Origin: the human T2T-CHM13v2.0 reference genome, Homo sapiens
Length of the DNA: 64,000 nt
Assembly: GCF_009914755.1 (NCBI RefSeq)
Contig: NC_060928.1
Direction: 5' to 3' (one strand)
Each line of letters starts with the position of its first letter. Positions within the stretch are counted from its first letter, which is position 1. Shown piece by piece: positions 13,201 through 26,532 of this stretch. A program made the translations under genes and the position numbers. The notes below the pieces were generated by a model that worked only from the letters and a program-made list of their open reading frames with translations, ran no database searches and was not told the origin of the DNA.

Positions 13201-14364
13201 GCCAGTGGTCCTCGGCCGAGGGGAGTAGAGGGAAGCATCCCTGCACCTGGACGGGGAGGAAGCGGTGGAGCCCGTGGTGTGGCTGCTGTGCGCCGGCTCC
13301 TGAGTGTTCTCACTGCGATCCACGGGGCGTCTCTGGTCCGAGTTCCGGGTGGCAGAATGCATCGCTGCTTCTCCCACGGGGCCTTGGGTGCAGCAGGAAG
13401 CATTTGGCCGGGCGGTCAGGCACCCTCGGGGGAGCCGCATGTACCTCCTTGACTGCGGGGCACATGGCCAGGTGCTCTTCAGCCCACCAGGGCTTTGCCC
13501 GAGACGCCTCTGCCTGTAGTGGGGCCAAGGCCCTGGGCAGCACATTCTGCCTGCGTTCCCACCCACTGCCTTATCCCAAACCAGCCTCATCCCAGACCAA
13601 GGTGGATGCAGAAATGAGGTCCAGGCGGCCCCAGGGCAGGGCCTACTGCTGGTCCCTTCTCCCTAGCGTGGGCCGTGCCTGGGGCTGTGCTCCTGTCTGT
13701 GGACCTGGGGTGAGGGCGGGGCTGCTGGGCTCTGCTCCTCCAGCATCCTCAGGCACAGGGTGTGGGAGCCCGGGAGCTTCGGGCAGAGCCGACCGTTCCC
13801 CAGTCAGCAGGCAATGAGCAGCCTCTCATCACTGGGAGCCCTTGGCACTGCCCATCTGTCCTCCCCAGCTCCTGCTGGCCCCAACTGTGGCTGTGTGTCC
13901 TAGAAGGAGGCCTGGTGGCAGCACAGGGGCAGTCTGGTCTGTGTGAGGGCCCCTCAGACACTTCTCCCCTGCCTGGGCATCCAGGTGGGCAGGGGGTGGA
14001 GTCCTCTGAGGCCGGCCTCCTCTTGGCCGGCACACCCAGCCCCCCCATCCCATGGCATCCGCCGGAAAGCGTCCCTAACCAGGTTGATGACAACAGCAGA
14101 GCGTGGGAGCGGACGCACCTGGGACGCCTGGGAGACCTGGGACGCCTGGGGCAGTGGAGTCTGGTCTCCAGCACCCGGCCCCTCTGTGCTGCCAAGGGCT
14201 GAACGGCCTTCACTCCTTCTCCTGGGTGTGCTACCGCCCTGTCCTTACGTCCCTGCAGTGGAAGGACGACCTTCATGTGGATGCCCCGTTGGCCTTCAAG
14301 GTCACGCCTCAAGGACGCAGCAGCTGTCGCCCTTGTCCTATAGGGAGAGCCCATCTTGCAGGTG

Positions 14365-14528
14365 GCAGTCGTGCCCGTGGTCGCGCGGCTGGTTCACGTG
14401 GCGTCAGAATTCAGACGCAGGCGGTCGTGCCCGTGGTCGCGCGGCTGGTTCACGTGGCATCAGAATTCAGACGCAGGCGGTCGTGCCCGTGGTCGCGCGG
14501 CTGGTTCATGTGGCGTCAGAATTCAGAC
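14365..14528. repeat. 56-bp CpG-rich tandem repeat, 3 copies
   Basis: tcgtgcccgtggtcgcgcggctggttcacgtggcgtcagaattcagacgcaggcgg at 14369, 14425, 14481. Confidence 0.9.
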
Positions 14529-14685
14529 CCAGCCGGGAGTGACCGTGTTCTCCCTGGGTGCTGTCCACAGTGTTGGGGTGGCTGGGCTGCAGTGGTGTTT
14601 GGCCTTCCCCTGTGCCTGCACCACCGTGGCCACGCTCTTCTGGGGTCCCTGCAGATGCTATGAGGGCCTCTGGCTGTGTCTGCAG

Positions 14686-14869
14686 GTCTGACTCCCAGCA
14701 CCGCTTCTGGAAGCCCAGCGAGGTGGAGGAGGAAGTGGTCAATGCCGACATCTCCGAGATGCTCCGGAGCCGCCACATCACTTTTGCCGGGAAGTTTGAG
14801 CCTGTGCAGCACTGGTGCCGTGCCCCGAGGCCAGACGGCCGGCTCTGTGAGCGCCAAGACCGGCTGAAG
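14686..14869 (+). CDS. UVSSA: UVSSA coding exon with the first two Cys of the zinc finger
   Basis: gtctgcag|G acceptor, CTGAAG|gtgagg donor. (K)[61 protein letters not shown]. Confidence 0.96.
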
Positions 14870-15518
14870 GTGAGGCCGTGGCCCGAGGGCGGGGGTGGGT
14901 GTGGGCTGGACCAGGTGGGGCAGCCAGAGGGGTGCTGAGCCCCACCTGCCCCTGCCCTGGGTCAGGGTGCTTGTGAGCACTGAGAAGCCCATGGAAGGGG
15001 CTTATCCGTGGTGGGCAGAAATTGCTTAGCCGTTGGCCATCAGAGCATGGTGTCTGGGGCTCCTGCCCACGGCCCTGAAGCCTGACACCTGGGTACATGG
15101 CTTGGGGACTCTCCAGGGGCCAAGACACACAGTATCCTCCATGGTTGCAGCCCGGGTCTGTGCTGGGCCTGGGATCCTCAAAAGTGAGGAGAGGCCAGGG
15201 GGCCAGGGCAGCTCCCAGCCGGGCAGCTGGGCATGGTGCAGGGGGGTCGCTATGGCCATGCTGGATGAGGGAGGCCTAGACTTTCCACAGCTGCCCAAGA
15301 CCTTCCGGCTCCAGAGGAGGGACGGAGCCATCCCCACGTCCCTGTGGCTCTCAGGACGCCCTCCTCTGAGGGGCGCGTGATTCCAGGTTGTGTACACTTT
15401 GGCTCTGTGATACCACCCACCCTGGTCGCTGTTTGTGCCCAAGTCGTGGTGGTGGGGGGAGGTGGTCAAGGCAAGCGGACCCCTCCCCGCCATCAGCCAC
15501 CGTGTCCTCGCTGTGCAG

Positions 15519-15627
15519 TGCCCTTTCCATGGGAAGATTGTTCCACGGGACGACGAAGGACGGCCGCTCGACCCGGAAGACAGGGCTCGTGAGCAGCGGC
15601 GGCAGCTGCAGAAGCAGGAGCGCCCGG
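15519..15627 (+). CDS. UVSSA: UVSSA coding exon with the CPFH half of the C3H zinc finger
   Basis: ctgtgcag|TGC acceptor, CCGG|gtaggt donor. CPFHGKIVPRDDEGRPLDPEDRAREQRRQLQKQERP(E). Confidence 0.96.
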
Positions 15628-16325
15628 GTAGGTCTGGGCAAGGCGGTCACCGTGGGAGGCACAGCCTGGGACTCACTGCCACTAGTGGCCCGGGGTGTGT
15701 CTGCAGAGTCACAGAGCACCCGCTCTGCCAGCTTCGTCCATGGAGCTACAAGCCTCTCGGTCATAACTGGCAGAATCAGGAGGGGATGCTGCCCTGAGGG
15801 TCCTGGGTTTGGGGGCTCCAGAGGATGCTCCAGCTTTAGGGGGTCACGTGTTCATGAGGCCCTGACCGGGAGGTGGGCACCCACGGCCCCGAAGCCACAG
15901 GTGCCATCTGTGTGGCTGGGTCCTGCTTCCCTCGTGTTTTCAGGCAGGTGAAGGCCTTAAGGCGAGAGAAGTGATTGGGCTGAGCCCAGAGTGGCTTCTA
16001 GGAACCCCTCTGGCCTCCTCAGCCATACCCCGCACCTGCCTCAGTGTGCAGGTGGCCACAGCTCTGTCCAGGAGGCGTGTGGCCACTGCTATGGCGGCAG
16101 GAGTGCGGGTGCCCAGAGGCCCTGGACAGCAAGGCCACTGTGGGGCAGCACTGCCACATCAGCAGGGCCCATCTGCCCACCCTGTCTCACCCCAGGCCCA
16201 TCTGCCCGCCCTGCCTCCCCTCGGGCCCATCTGCCCACCCTGCATATCTGTTTTCCAAGGAAGATTTGTTTTTAGAGGCCCTGGCCAGCCTCAGGCGCTC
16301 TCTCTTCTTTTTACTTTGATTTGGC

Positions 16326-16598
16326 TTTTTTTTTTTTTTTTTTTGAAGCAGGGTCTCTCTCTGTCACCCAGGCTAGAGTGCAGTGGCGCAGTCATGGCCT
16401 CCCAGGTTCGAGCGATCCTCGTGCCTCAGCCTGCCAAGTAGCTGGAATTATCATGCCACCATGCCCGACTAATTTTTGTATTTTTATTTTTAGTAGAGGT
16501 GGGGTGGCACTGTATTGCCCAAGCTGGTCTTGAACTCCTGCATTCTCCTGTCTCACCTCCCAAAATGCTGGGATTACAGATGTGAGTCCCCGCCCGGC
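16326..16598 (-). mobile_element. Alu (old, internally deleted)
   Basis: Poly-T then gtcacccaggctagagtgcagtggcgc...ctgggattacagatgtgag. Confidence 0.9.
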
Positions 16599-18404
16599 CT
16601 CGGTCCCTTCTGGAGAGTGGCCACACCTGCAGGCCTGGCCCTGGCCCGAAGTGGGGGTTCACACCTTGTCTTGAAGAGCAGCTCTGGGGGCCCAGGATCC
16701 CTTCCAAGCTGTCTCTGTCATGGCTCCCGGGTGTCTTGCACTCTGGTCATGAGAGGCAGATGTTGAGTGCAGCCTGATGCCCAGAGGCAGCAGCTCAGCC
16801 CTGGGCGGCGGGAGGGCCCTGACCTGCTAATCTCCGGGTGAGGCCTTCCCTGGTGGCTCACACTCAGGAGCAAATTAAGTGCCTATTTTTTGTGTCAACC
16901 CTGAAGAGTATCTGGTTTTCCAGCCCTTGGTGACTTGTTAACAAACAGGTATCAGGCCGCGGGCTGCGGCCAGCGCTGGCCAGTCAGATGTGAAATAGTG
17001 TCTCTTTACTAACTACGGTATTGATCCCCGCCTCCCTCGCGCACGGCGCAATTTTCCTTTCCCTGGTGCTAACCTCAGTGACAATGTGCGTGCTGCTGCA
17101 GGGCCCGTCAGCGCCCAGGAAGGCCGCGCGGTCCCAGCATCTATTGATTTTCCTCAAAGGCTTTTAAATTGCTCCTTCATTTCACTGAGACGCTCGCTCC
17201 ATCTCTGCTGGGTGCCGGGGCTTTTTCGTTGTGTTTAAACAATTGCTCCATTCACCGGGTTCCTAAACTGTGGCGCCTTCTTATTACTGGGAGATAAACT
17301 GTTTGGACAGTTTTCCTTAATCTTGGATTAATCGTTCCTGTATCTGAATTGTGGGCCCCGTATTCCTTCACTTCAAAGAATCCGCTTGGGAGGCCTGGCC
17401 ATCCGTCCGAGATGTGGGCATTCCTCCGGGGATGTGCCCCCGTGGCCTGGTCGCCCCCGTGGCCTGGTCCCACTGGCTCAGCTCGTGGGGTCCTGTCTGC
17501 AGGAGCGGGTGCCTCTGTAGCATTGGTGCCTGGCCCCCTTCTGTGAGCCAGGGTTGTCTGTAAGTCCCATGGCCATCACAGTCCCGTCAGGGGTGGCCTT
17601 CCCGAGCCCGACCAGCACCACACCTGGTGGAGGCCCACCTCCGCCTTGTGTGGGGAACCCCACAGGAAGCCTGGGCCTGTGACCCCCGAGGGCCTCAGTG
17701 CCATCTGCACGGTGGGTACTCTCAGCCTGGGAGGCTGCCCAGTGGGGCTGTTGACATTTCTGTCCCCTCACTGCCACAGGGCCTCAAGCAGACAATGCAC
17801 GGCTTGCTTGGGAAGGGCAGTTCTGTCTAGGAGAGCCCCAGCCTGCATTTCTGAGGCCTGAGGCCAGGTCATCTTTGGATCAACGAAAAAGAAAAGCCCT
17901 TTGCTGAGCATCATGCTTGGCCCAGCCCTGCCACACGTACCTCCCCACCAGCAGGCGTGTCCAGCAGGGCCACAGTTTGCCTAGTGGGGCACGGTCCAGC
18001 CTGCAGGCAGGAAAGGAGCTTGCGGATGGTGCCACCCCCCAACCGCTGGCCTTAGCCGCCTTCCAGCCTGGGAGGCCCATGGGTGCCCTAGGAGTGGCCT
18101 CTGGGCTGAGCCCCTGCTCCCCATCTCTGGGCTGCAGGGGCCTGTGGGGGTGTGGGGCGGTGGGGGCAAGCTCTGTGTCACCTTCACCCTGTGGGGGCCA
18201 GCATGCCCACCCTCCCCAGCCTGTTGCTCAGGGAACCCTAACCGCTGAGCATCCTCTCAGGCTTGCTGCTGCCAGGGTACGGCCGTGGGCAAGGCGACCC
18301 AGCCCCCCTGTCAGGACGAGACCAAGAGCCCCTCCTGGGGGCCTCGGGTAAGAGGCTCTGGTCAGTGCCAGACGTCTCCTGAAGTGCTTGAGTTTTGTTT
18401 GCAG

Positions 18405-18579
18405 AATGGCAGGACCCTGAGTTGATGAGAGACGTGGAAGCAGCCACAGGGCAGGATCTCGGCTCATCCAGGTACAGCGGGAAAGGCAGGGGGAAGAAGA
18501 GGAGGTACCCCAGCCTCACCAACCTGAAGGCTCAGGCTGATACCGCCCGCGCTCGCATTGGGAGAAAAGTCTTCGCCAA
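18405..18579 (+). CDS. UVSSA: UVSSA coding exon with basic NLS-like stretch KGRGKKRR
   Basis: ttgtttgcag|AA acceptor, GCCAA|gtaaga donor. (E)[57 protein letters not shown](K). Confidence 0.96.
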
Positions 18580-20506
18580 GTAAGAGTGGCTGCTGGGTCA
18601 CCTCCCACCGCGTGGCCCCCCCGTGTGAGGGTGTTCGAGGGGGGCCATCTGAGCGCCAAGATATTCCAGGGACTTGGGGCCTCCAGGGGCTCCCCTGCTT
18701 TGAGTTCCCCTGGGGGACCACCCAGCCTTTCCCCGGGGAGGGGCAGTGCCAGCCAGCAGGGGCAGCAGGCAGGTCTGCTCAGGAACGCCCCCCAGCATTC
18801 CCCAGGATAAGAGGGGCTCGACCGCCAGGCACCGCCATCCTCGCTTCCTGGGGGAGCCATGCCAGGACACAGGCCTTGGCTGGTGCAGAGTGAGCCCCTC
18901 GTCTCTCCCTTGCCTGGCTGTACCCCCAGGTCAGTGCCTGCGTATTTCTGCAGCGGTGACTTCAGGGAGGGCGATGACTGCAAAGGCGGGCAGAACGGGG
19001 GTCCACGCGTCAGCCCCAGCAGAGCCCAGCCCCAGCATGTCTTCTCGGAGCACTGGCTCTGGGAGGCTGGCCTGGTGTCTCTGCAGCCCAGCATGGGCCT
19101 GTGTGACTGGTGAGGACTTGGCAGGGCCAGAGTGCGAAGCCCACCAGCCCGGCGTCCCTGCGTGCAGTCTGTCAGCTGGGGCACCAGCCACTCGCACGGC
19201 CTTGTGTTTCTGTCTTCATATTGCCTTGTTCTCGCCTAAGAAAATCCAGAATGCTTGTTTAGAAGCCACCTGAGGCTGTTGACTCCCTCCCAAATCTGTG
19301 TCAAGTCCCTGCTGGTGCAGGTTTGTCTGGTAGCACCAGTGAGGTGGCCCCCACCCATCGCCATCCCAGAAACCCTCCCTTGGACACACCTGGAAGGTGC
19401 TAAGTGCACCGGGCAGAGGAGGCCCCTCCTGGCCAGCATGACCGTGCACCGGCCTGAGTGGGCTCGGGTGGGAGGCGCCTTCACAGCACTCAGACCAGGC
19501 TTCCCCCAGGCTTGTGGGTGGTACATCCACAGCCTTGCTTGGGTGGGGCAGGGGCGCTGGTGGGGGCTGTGGAGAGGCTGCCTGGGGCCCCTGGCACAGG
19601 GCTGGACCCATCCCGTATGCCAGCCACCCAAGGCACCTTAGCCCTTGGAGCTCAGGGTGAGGCTGTTTTCCCGTGGATCAGCCAGGGGCAGAGGCCAGCC
19701 TTGGTGCTGATGCCCAGGAGGAGGAATGGCCAGTGGGCCCATGCCAGGCCTCCTCCCTGTGTCTCATGGGGACACTGAAGCCCATGGCAGGAGCTGGCTC
19801 TTCGCCACAGCTGTGTGGCCCAGACCCCTCCCTACAGAAAGGATCTGGGGTGACCACAGGCAAAACCCTGCCTCGAGGGGCCCCCACAGCAGCGCCTGGC
19901 AGCCCCACAGGGGCCGCAGCTGAGCGGCAGCTTCACCACATTGTGGCCTCAGGCCCTGCTGGCTCCACAGCTCCACACCCTCGTGGGTCGCAGCAGCTGA
20001 GCTGGTCAGCACAGCACACCTCATCCTGCTCCCCGGAATGCCTGCCTGGCCCGTGCCCCCCCTGCTGCAGCCCTCCAGGTTTCCAGCCCTGGCCGTGGAG
20101 CCGTGCGTGCAGCAGCGGGCAGGGCTGTCCTGACGCCTCCTGGCTGCATCTCCTGCGAGGCCGCTCCCCGGGAGGCCAAGGGGGAGGCTGCCCTCATCCT
20201 GGAGTGCGGGAGGCCACGGGAGAAGTGCCAAGGTGGGGCTGGGGCCACCTTCACCGCGCAGAACCACCCGCCGCAGACTCCGCTTCTGGGACCTGGGGCG
20301 GCCCTTTCTAAGCCTGTCTGTCTCGGGCCAGGGCCAAGGGGCCCGTCGCCCATCTGTCTCTGAAGGTGGCACCCACAGGCAGTCTGTCAGTGTCCGAGGG
20401 CAGCAGTTGCCCCAGGACCAGTGCCTAACTTTGGTGATGCCGCCACTGGGAGCCCAGGCCCCTGGCGGAAGCCTCCCAGGTCACATCTTGCCTTGTTTCC
20501 CCACAG

Positions 20507-20600
20507 GGCAGCTGTGCGGAGGGTAGTGGCAGCCATGAACCGGATGGACCAGAAGAAGCACGAGAAGTTTTCAAACCAGTTTAACTACGCACTGAACTAG
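20507..20600 (+). CDS. UVSSA: UVSSA terminal coding exon ending at TAG
   Basis: ttccccacag|G acceptor. (K)[30 protein letters not shown]. The seven exons total 954 nt = 317 aa + stop, consistent with a 709-aa protein when counted from T393. Confidence 0.96.
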
Positions 20601-21356
20601 AGAGCGGGGCCCAGTGCACTGGCCATCAGCACTTTCTCCCTCTGCCAGTGTCTCAGGACAGCAGAGTGGGCGTGGGTCTGGGCAGTAACCATGCTTTGTC
20701 TATTACTGTGTTTGATGTAAAGAAATGGTGTGTTGCAATGCCCTGAAGGTACGGCCGCTCTGCTGCTACAGGGTTCGGCATCGTCTGGTGATGGGTCTGG
20801 CCTCGCAGAAGAGGCCCTCGGGCCTGGAGATGTGAACACAGGCAGCGACCCTGTTCCAGAGGGCTTCTGCGAGTCCTCGTGAGACCAGTGCTTGTCGTGG
20901 TGTGGGGTTCAGCACGGACGGAATGTGTGTGCAGCTCAGCCTTCAGAGCGTGCATTCCCCAGCCAGGAGGCGACCACTCAGAGGAACTCTGGGAAACCCA
21001 CTTTTGTGCAAATGCTGTTTTTAACACAAACACAAAGGCTAGTGAACCGTTCAGTCATCTGCTTTCTGTTTCTGGATGTGCCTTTTCATACATGTGTCCT
21101 CTTGTCCCTGGCTTCTTACACTTGGCGTTGTTTTTAAGGTTTATCCATGCAGTTCCCCTCCAATGTATAAAACAAAGGAGGTGAAAACCTGTCCATGCGG
21201 AAGCTTGTGCACCCATGTTCACAGCAGCATTGGAGAAGGATACCGAACATCTTCTCGTGGGCTTACTGGCCATTTGTGTATCTCCTTTGGAGAGGAGTCT
21301 ATTCAAACCTCTTGCCTATTTTTAATTGAATGATTTATCTTGAGTTGTAACAGTTG

Positions 21357-22012
<656 letters not shown>

Positions 22013-23842
22013 CTGATTTGCAAAAACTTTCTTCCATACTGTTGTTTCACTTTCTGGATAGTGTCCTCTGAAGCACAAAAGTTAATTTTGATGAAGTACA
22101 GCAATTTATCTGTTTTTTTCTTTTGTTGCTTATGCTTTTGCTGTCACATTTCAGAAGCCATCACCTAATCCAAGATCACAGAGATTTACACCTAGTTTCT
22201 AATAAGCATTTTATAATTTCAGCTCTTATGTGTAGATCTTTGATCCATTGTGAATTAAGTTTTGTGTGTGGTGTAAGAGCCCACATTCTTTTGCATGTGG
22301 ATATCCAGTTGTCCCAGCACCATTTGTTGAAAACATTATTTTTCCCCATTGAATTATCTTCGCACCATTATTGATAATCAGTTGACCAAAAATGTACAGG
22401 CTTATTTCTGGGCACTTGACTCTATTCCATTGACCTGTTTAACCTTATGCCAGTGCCACAGTGCCTTGATCAGTGCTGCTTTGTTGTGAGAAGTTTTACT
22501 TTGTTCTGCTTCAAGGCTGTTTTGACTCTTCTGCATCTCTTGCATTTCCAAATGAATTTTAGGATCCACTCATCAGTTTCTTCAAAAAAAAAAAAAAAGC
22601 AGCTGAGATTTTTGATAGGAATTACATTAAATCTAGAGATTGCTTTGGAATGTATTACCGTCTTAATATTAAATCTTCTGAGTCATGAGCTTCTGATTAT
22701 CTTTCCATTTATTTGGGTCTTTTTAAATTTATTTCAACAGTATTTTGTAGTTTTCAGTATATAAGTTTCTCACTTATTTTGTTAAATTTACTCATATTTT
22801 ATTATTTTTGATTTATAACCAAAAGGACTATAAATGCAATTATAAATTATTAAAAGATTATAAATTGCATTTACAAAAGCAATCACAAATGTAATTGTTT
22901 TCCAAATTTCACTTTGGGGCTGATCATTGCTAATATGTGGAAGTACAACTGACTTTTGTGTATTGATCTTGTATCCAGCATTCCTTGCTGAACTTGTTTA
23001 TTCATTCTAATTAGTTGTATGTTCCCTAAGATTTTCCATACACAAAATCATGTCATCTGCAAACAGCTTTCTTTCTAATCTGGATTTCTTTTATTTCTCT
23101 TACCTAATTGCTCTGGCTAGTACCTCCAGGACAATGTTGAATAGATGTGGTGAGAACAGACATCCTCGTCTTACTCTTGATCTTAGCGGGAAGCTTTCGG
23201 TCTCTCACCATTGAATGTGATGCTAACAATGCAGTTTTGTGTAGATGCTTCTATCAGGTTGAAAAAGTTACCTTCTCCTCCTAGTTTGTTGAGTGTTTTT
23301 GTCATAAAGTATTGAATTTTGTCAGATGCTTTTTCTCCATCTGTCGAGATGATAGTATGATTCTTGTCCTTTATTATAGTGATACAGTATATTACATTGT
23401 TTCTCATATATTGAACCGACCTTGCATTCATGGGGCAAATTCTACTTGTTCATGGTGTATAATCCTTTTTCTATGCTGCTGGCTTTGGTTTGCTAGGATT
23501 TTGCATCTGTATTCATGAGGGATATTGGGCTGTAGTCTTTTTGTGATGTCTTTAGCTTTAGTCACGTCACTACTGACCTCATAGATTGAGGTGGGAAGTG
23601 TTCCCTCCCCTCCTATTTTTTGGAAGAGTTTGTGAAAGATTGTTGTTAATTATTTAAACATTTGGTGGAATTTACCAGTGAAGGCTGGGCTTTTCTTTGT
23701 GGGATTTTTTTCCCTAATTCAGTATCTTCATTTATTATAGATCTGTTTAGTTCCAGTAGTTTGCATCTTTCCAGGAGTTTGTCCCTTTCTAGGTTCTTTG
23801 TTGCAATCTGTTCATATATAATGGTTCATAGCATTAAAAAAA

Positions 23843-24463
23843 ATTTTTTTAACTGACAAGGTCTCACTCTGTTGCCCAGGCTGGAGTGCAGTGGTGCAAT
23901 CATAGCTCACTCCAACCTCAGACTCATGGGCCCAAGTGATCCTCCCACCTCAGCCTCCCCAGTAGGAAGGACCACAGGCATGCACCACCACATTCAGCTA
24001 ATTTTCTGTCTTTGGTTTTGTTTTGTTTGAGACAGAGTCTTGCTCTGTCACCCAGGCTGGAGTACAGTAGCACAATCATGGCTCACTACAGCTTTGACCT
24101 CCCAGACTCAAGCAATCTTCCCATCTCAGCTTCCTGAGTAGCTAAGACTACAGGGGCATGGCAGTATGACTGGCTAATTTTTTAAAAGCTTATTTTTGGT
24201 AGAGATGGGGTCTCACTATGTTGGCTAGGCTGGTCTCAAACTCCTGGCCTCAAGAAATTTTCCTGTCTTAGCCTAGCAAAGTGCTGGGATTACAGGCATG
24301 AGCCACCACACCCAGCCCTAATTTTCTTTAAAATTTTTTTGTGGAGACAGGATCTTGCTGTGTTGTCCAGGCTGATCTTTGTCAAACTCCTGGCCTCAAG
24401 TGACCCTCCCACCTTGACCTCTCAAAGTGCTGGGATTGTGGATGTTAGCCAATGCTCCCAGCC
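23843..24463 (-). mobile_element. Nested antisense Alu cluster (an Alu inserted in the linker of an older Alu)
   Basis: A right monomer at ~23843-24005, a full Alu at ~24010-24317, then a left monomer at ~24320-24463. Confidence 0.75.
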
Positions 24464-24945
24464 TATTCATAGTATTTTCTGGTTTTAGTAATTTGATTCT
24501 TCTCTCTTTTACTCCCCTTAGTCTAGCTAAAGATTTATCAATTTTGTTGATCTATTTAAAGAAACAACTTCTGGTTTTGTTTATTATCCCCTATGATTTT
24601 CCATTCTTTATTTTGTTAATTTCCACTGTAATCTTTATTATTTCCTTTGGGTTGCTTTGGGTTTTATTTTCTCTTCTTTTTCTTGTTTCTTAAGATGGAA
24701 AATTAGCTTACTGATTTGAAATCTTTTTCATATAGACATTTGTAGCTATAAATTTTTATCTCAGCACTGATTTACTTCATCCCTTAAGTTCTGCTATATT
24801 GTGTTTTCCCTTTTTTAAATCTAAAAGTATATTCTGATTTTTCTGGTGATTTCTTCTTTTATCTCTTGGTTATTTAAGAGTTTGTTGTTTAATTTCCACA
24901 TATATGTGAATTTCCCAGGTTTCCTTCTGTTATTGACTTCTTTTC

Positions 24946-25223
24946 TTATTTTTGAGAGACAAGATCTCACTTTATCTCCCAGGCTGGAGTGCAGTGCAGT
25001 GATCGCAGCTCACTGCAGCCTTGACCTCCCACCTCAGCCTCCTGAGTAGCTGAGACTACAGGCATGAGCCACCAAGCCTGGCTAAATTTTTAAAAATTTT
25101 GTTGTAGAGACAGGGTCCGACTATGTTGCCCAGGCTGTGTTGGAACTCCTGGGCTCAAGTGATCCTGCCACTTTTGCCTCCCAAAGTGCTGGGATTACAA
25201 GCATGAGCTACCATACCTGGCCT
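24946..25223 (-). mobile_element. Alu (old)
   Basis: cccaggctggagtgcagtg...gctgggattacaagcatgagctacc. Confidence 0.9.
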
Positions 25224-25374
25224 GTTACTGATTTCTTATTTCACTCCATTATGGCTAAAAAACATAGATTGTATGATTTCTCGTCTTTTATATGTATTGA
25301 GAGTTATTTTATTGGCATACCGTATTTTCTGTCCCAGAGTGTTGAAGAATATCTATCCTGCTCTTGTTGGGTGG

Positions 25375-26000
25375 AGTGTTGTATAGATGCCTGTTGGGTC
25401 TGATTGGTTTGTAGTGTTGTATAGACACCTGTTGGGTCAGAGGTTGGTTTGTAGTGTTGTATAGATGCCTGTTGGGTCTGATTGGTTTGTAGTGTTGTAT
25501 AGATGCCTGTTGGGTCAGAGGTTGGTTTGTAGTGTTGTATAGATGCCTGTTGGGTCTGATTGGTTTGTAGTGTTGTATAGATGCCTGTTGGGTCTGATTG
25601 GTTTGTAGAGTTGTATAGATGTGTGTTGGGTCTCATTGGTTTGTAGTGTTGCATAGAAGCCTGTTGGGTCAGAGGTTGGTTTGTAGTGTTGTATAGATGC
25701 CTGCTGGGTCTGATTGGTTTGTAGGGTTGTATAGATGCATGTTGGGTCTGATTGGTTTGTAGTGTTATATGGATGCCTGTTGGGTCTGATTGGTTTCTAG
25801 TGTTGTATAGATGCCTGTTGGGTCAGAGGTTGGTTTGTAGTGTTGTATAGATGCCTGTTGGGTCAGAGGTTGGTGTGTGTGTTGTATAGATGCCTGTTGG
25901 GTCAGAGGTTGGTTTGTAGTGTTGTATAGAAGCCTGTTGGGTCTGATTGGTTTGTAGTGTTGTATAGAAGCCTGTTAGGTCTGATTGGTTTGTAGTCTGA
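25375..26000. repeat. 38/40-bp minisatellite inside L1, ~16 units
   Basis: gtatagatgcctgttgggtc(tga|agagg)ttggtttgtagtgtt. Confidence 0.92.
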
Positions 26001-26304
26001 TTGTTTATGTCTTCTCTTCCCTTATTGATCTTCTGCCCAGTTATATTGATATTGAATGTGAGGTATTGAATCCTTCAGTTTTGTCAGCTTTTGTTTCATA
26101 AATTTTGAAGCTCTGTTAAGTGCATCTGTATTTCTATTTCTTTCTGATGAACAGACCCTTTTATCATTATGACATGTCCTTCTTTGTCTTTAGTGAAAAA
26201 AAAATGTCTTTAAGTCCCTTTTGTATGTTATTAGTATAGCCACTTAGCTCTTTTTTGATTATTGTTTGCATGGTATCTTTTTTCACCCTTTAACTTTCAT
26301 TGTA

Positions 26305-26532
26305 TCTCTGAATCTAAAGTGTGTTTCTTGTAAACAGCATATAGTGGGATCATGTTTCTTATCTGTCCTGCTGGTCTCTGCCGTGAATCTAAAGTGTGTT
26401 TCTTGTAAACAGCATATAGTAGGATAGTGTTTCTCATCTGTCTTTCTGGTCTCTGCTCTGAATCAAAAGTGTGTTTCTTGTAGACAGCACATAGTGGGAT
26501 CATGTTTTTCATCTGTCCTGCTGGTCTCTGCT
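26305..26532. repeat. 75-bp triplication within L1
   Basis: tgaatc(t/a)aaagtgtgtttcttgt..acagca.atagt.ggat... at 26309, 26384, 26459. Confidence 0.85.

Noticed and set aside
12867-13590. Alu-containing ORFs here and at 51663-60447
   Set aside because: Translations of Alu consensus (e.g. [16 protein letters not shown]); not genes.
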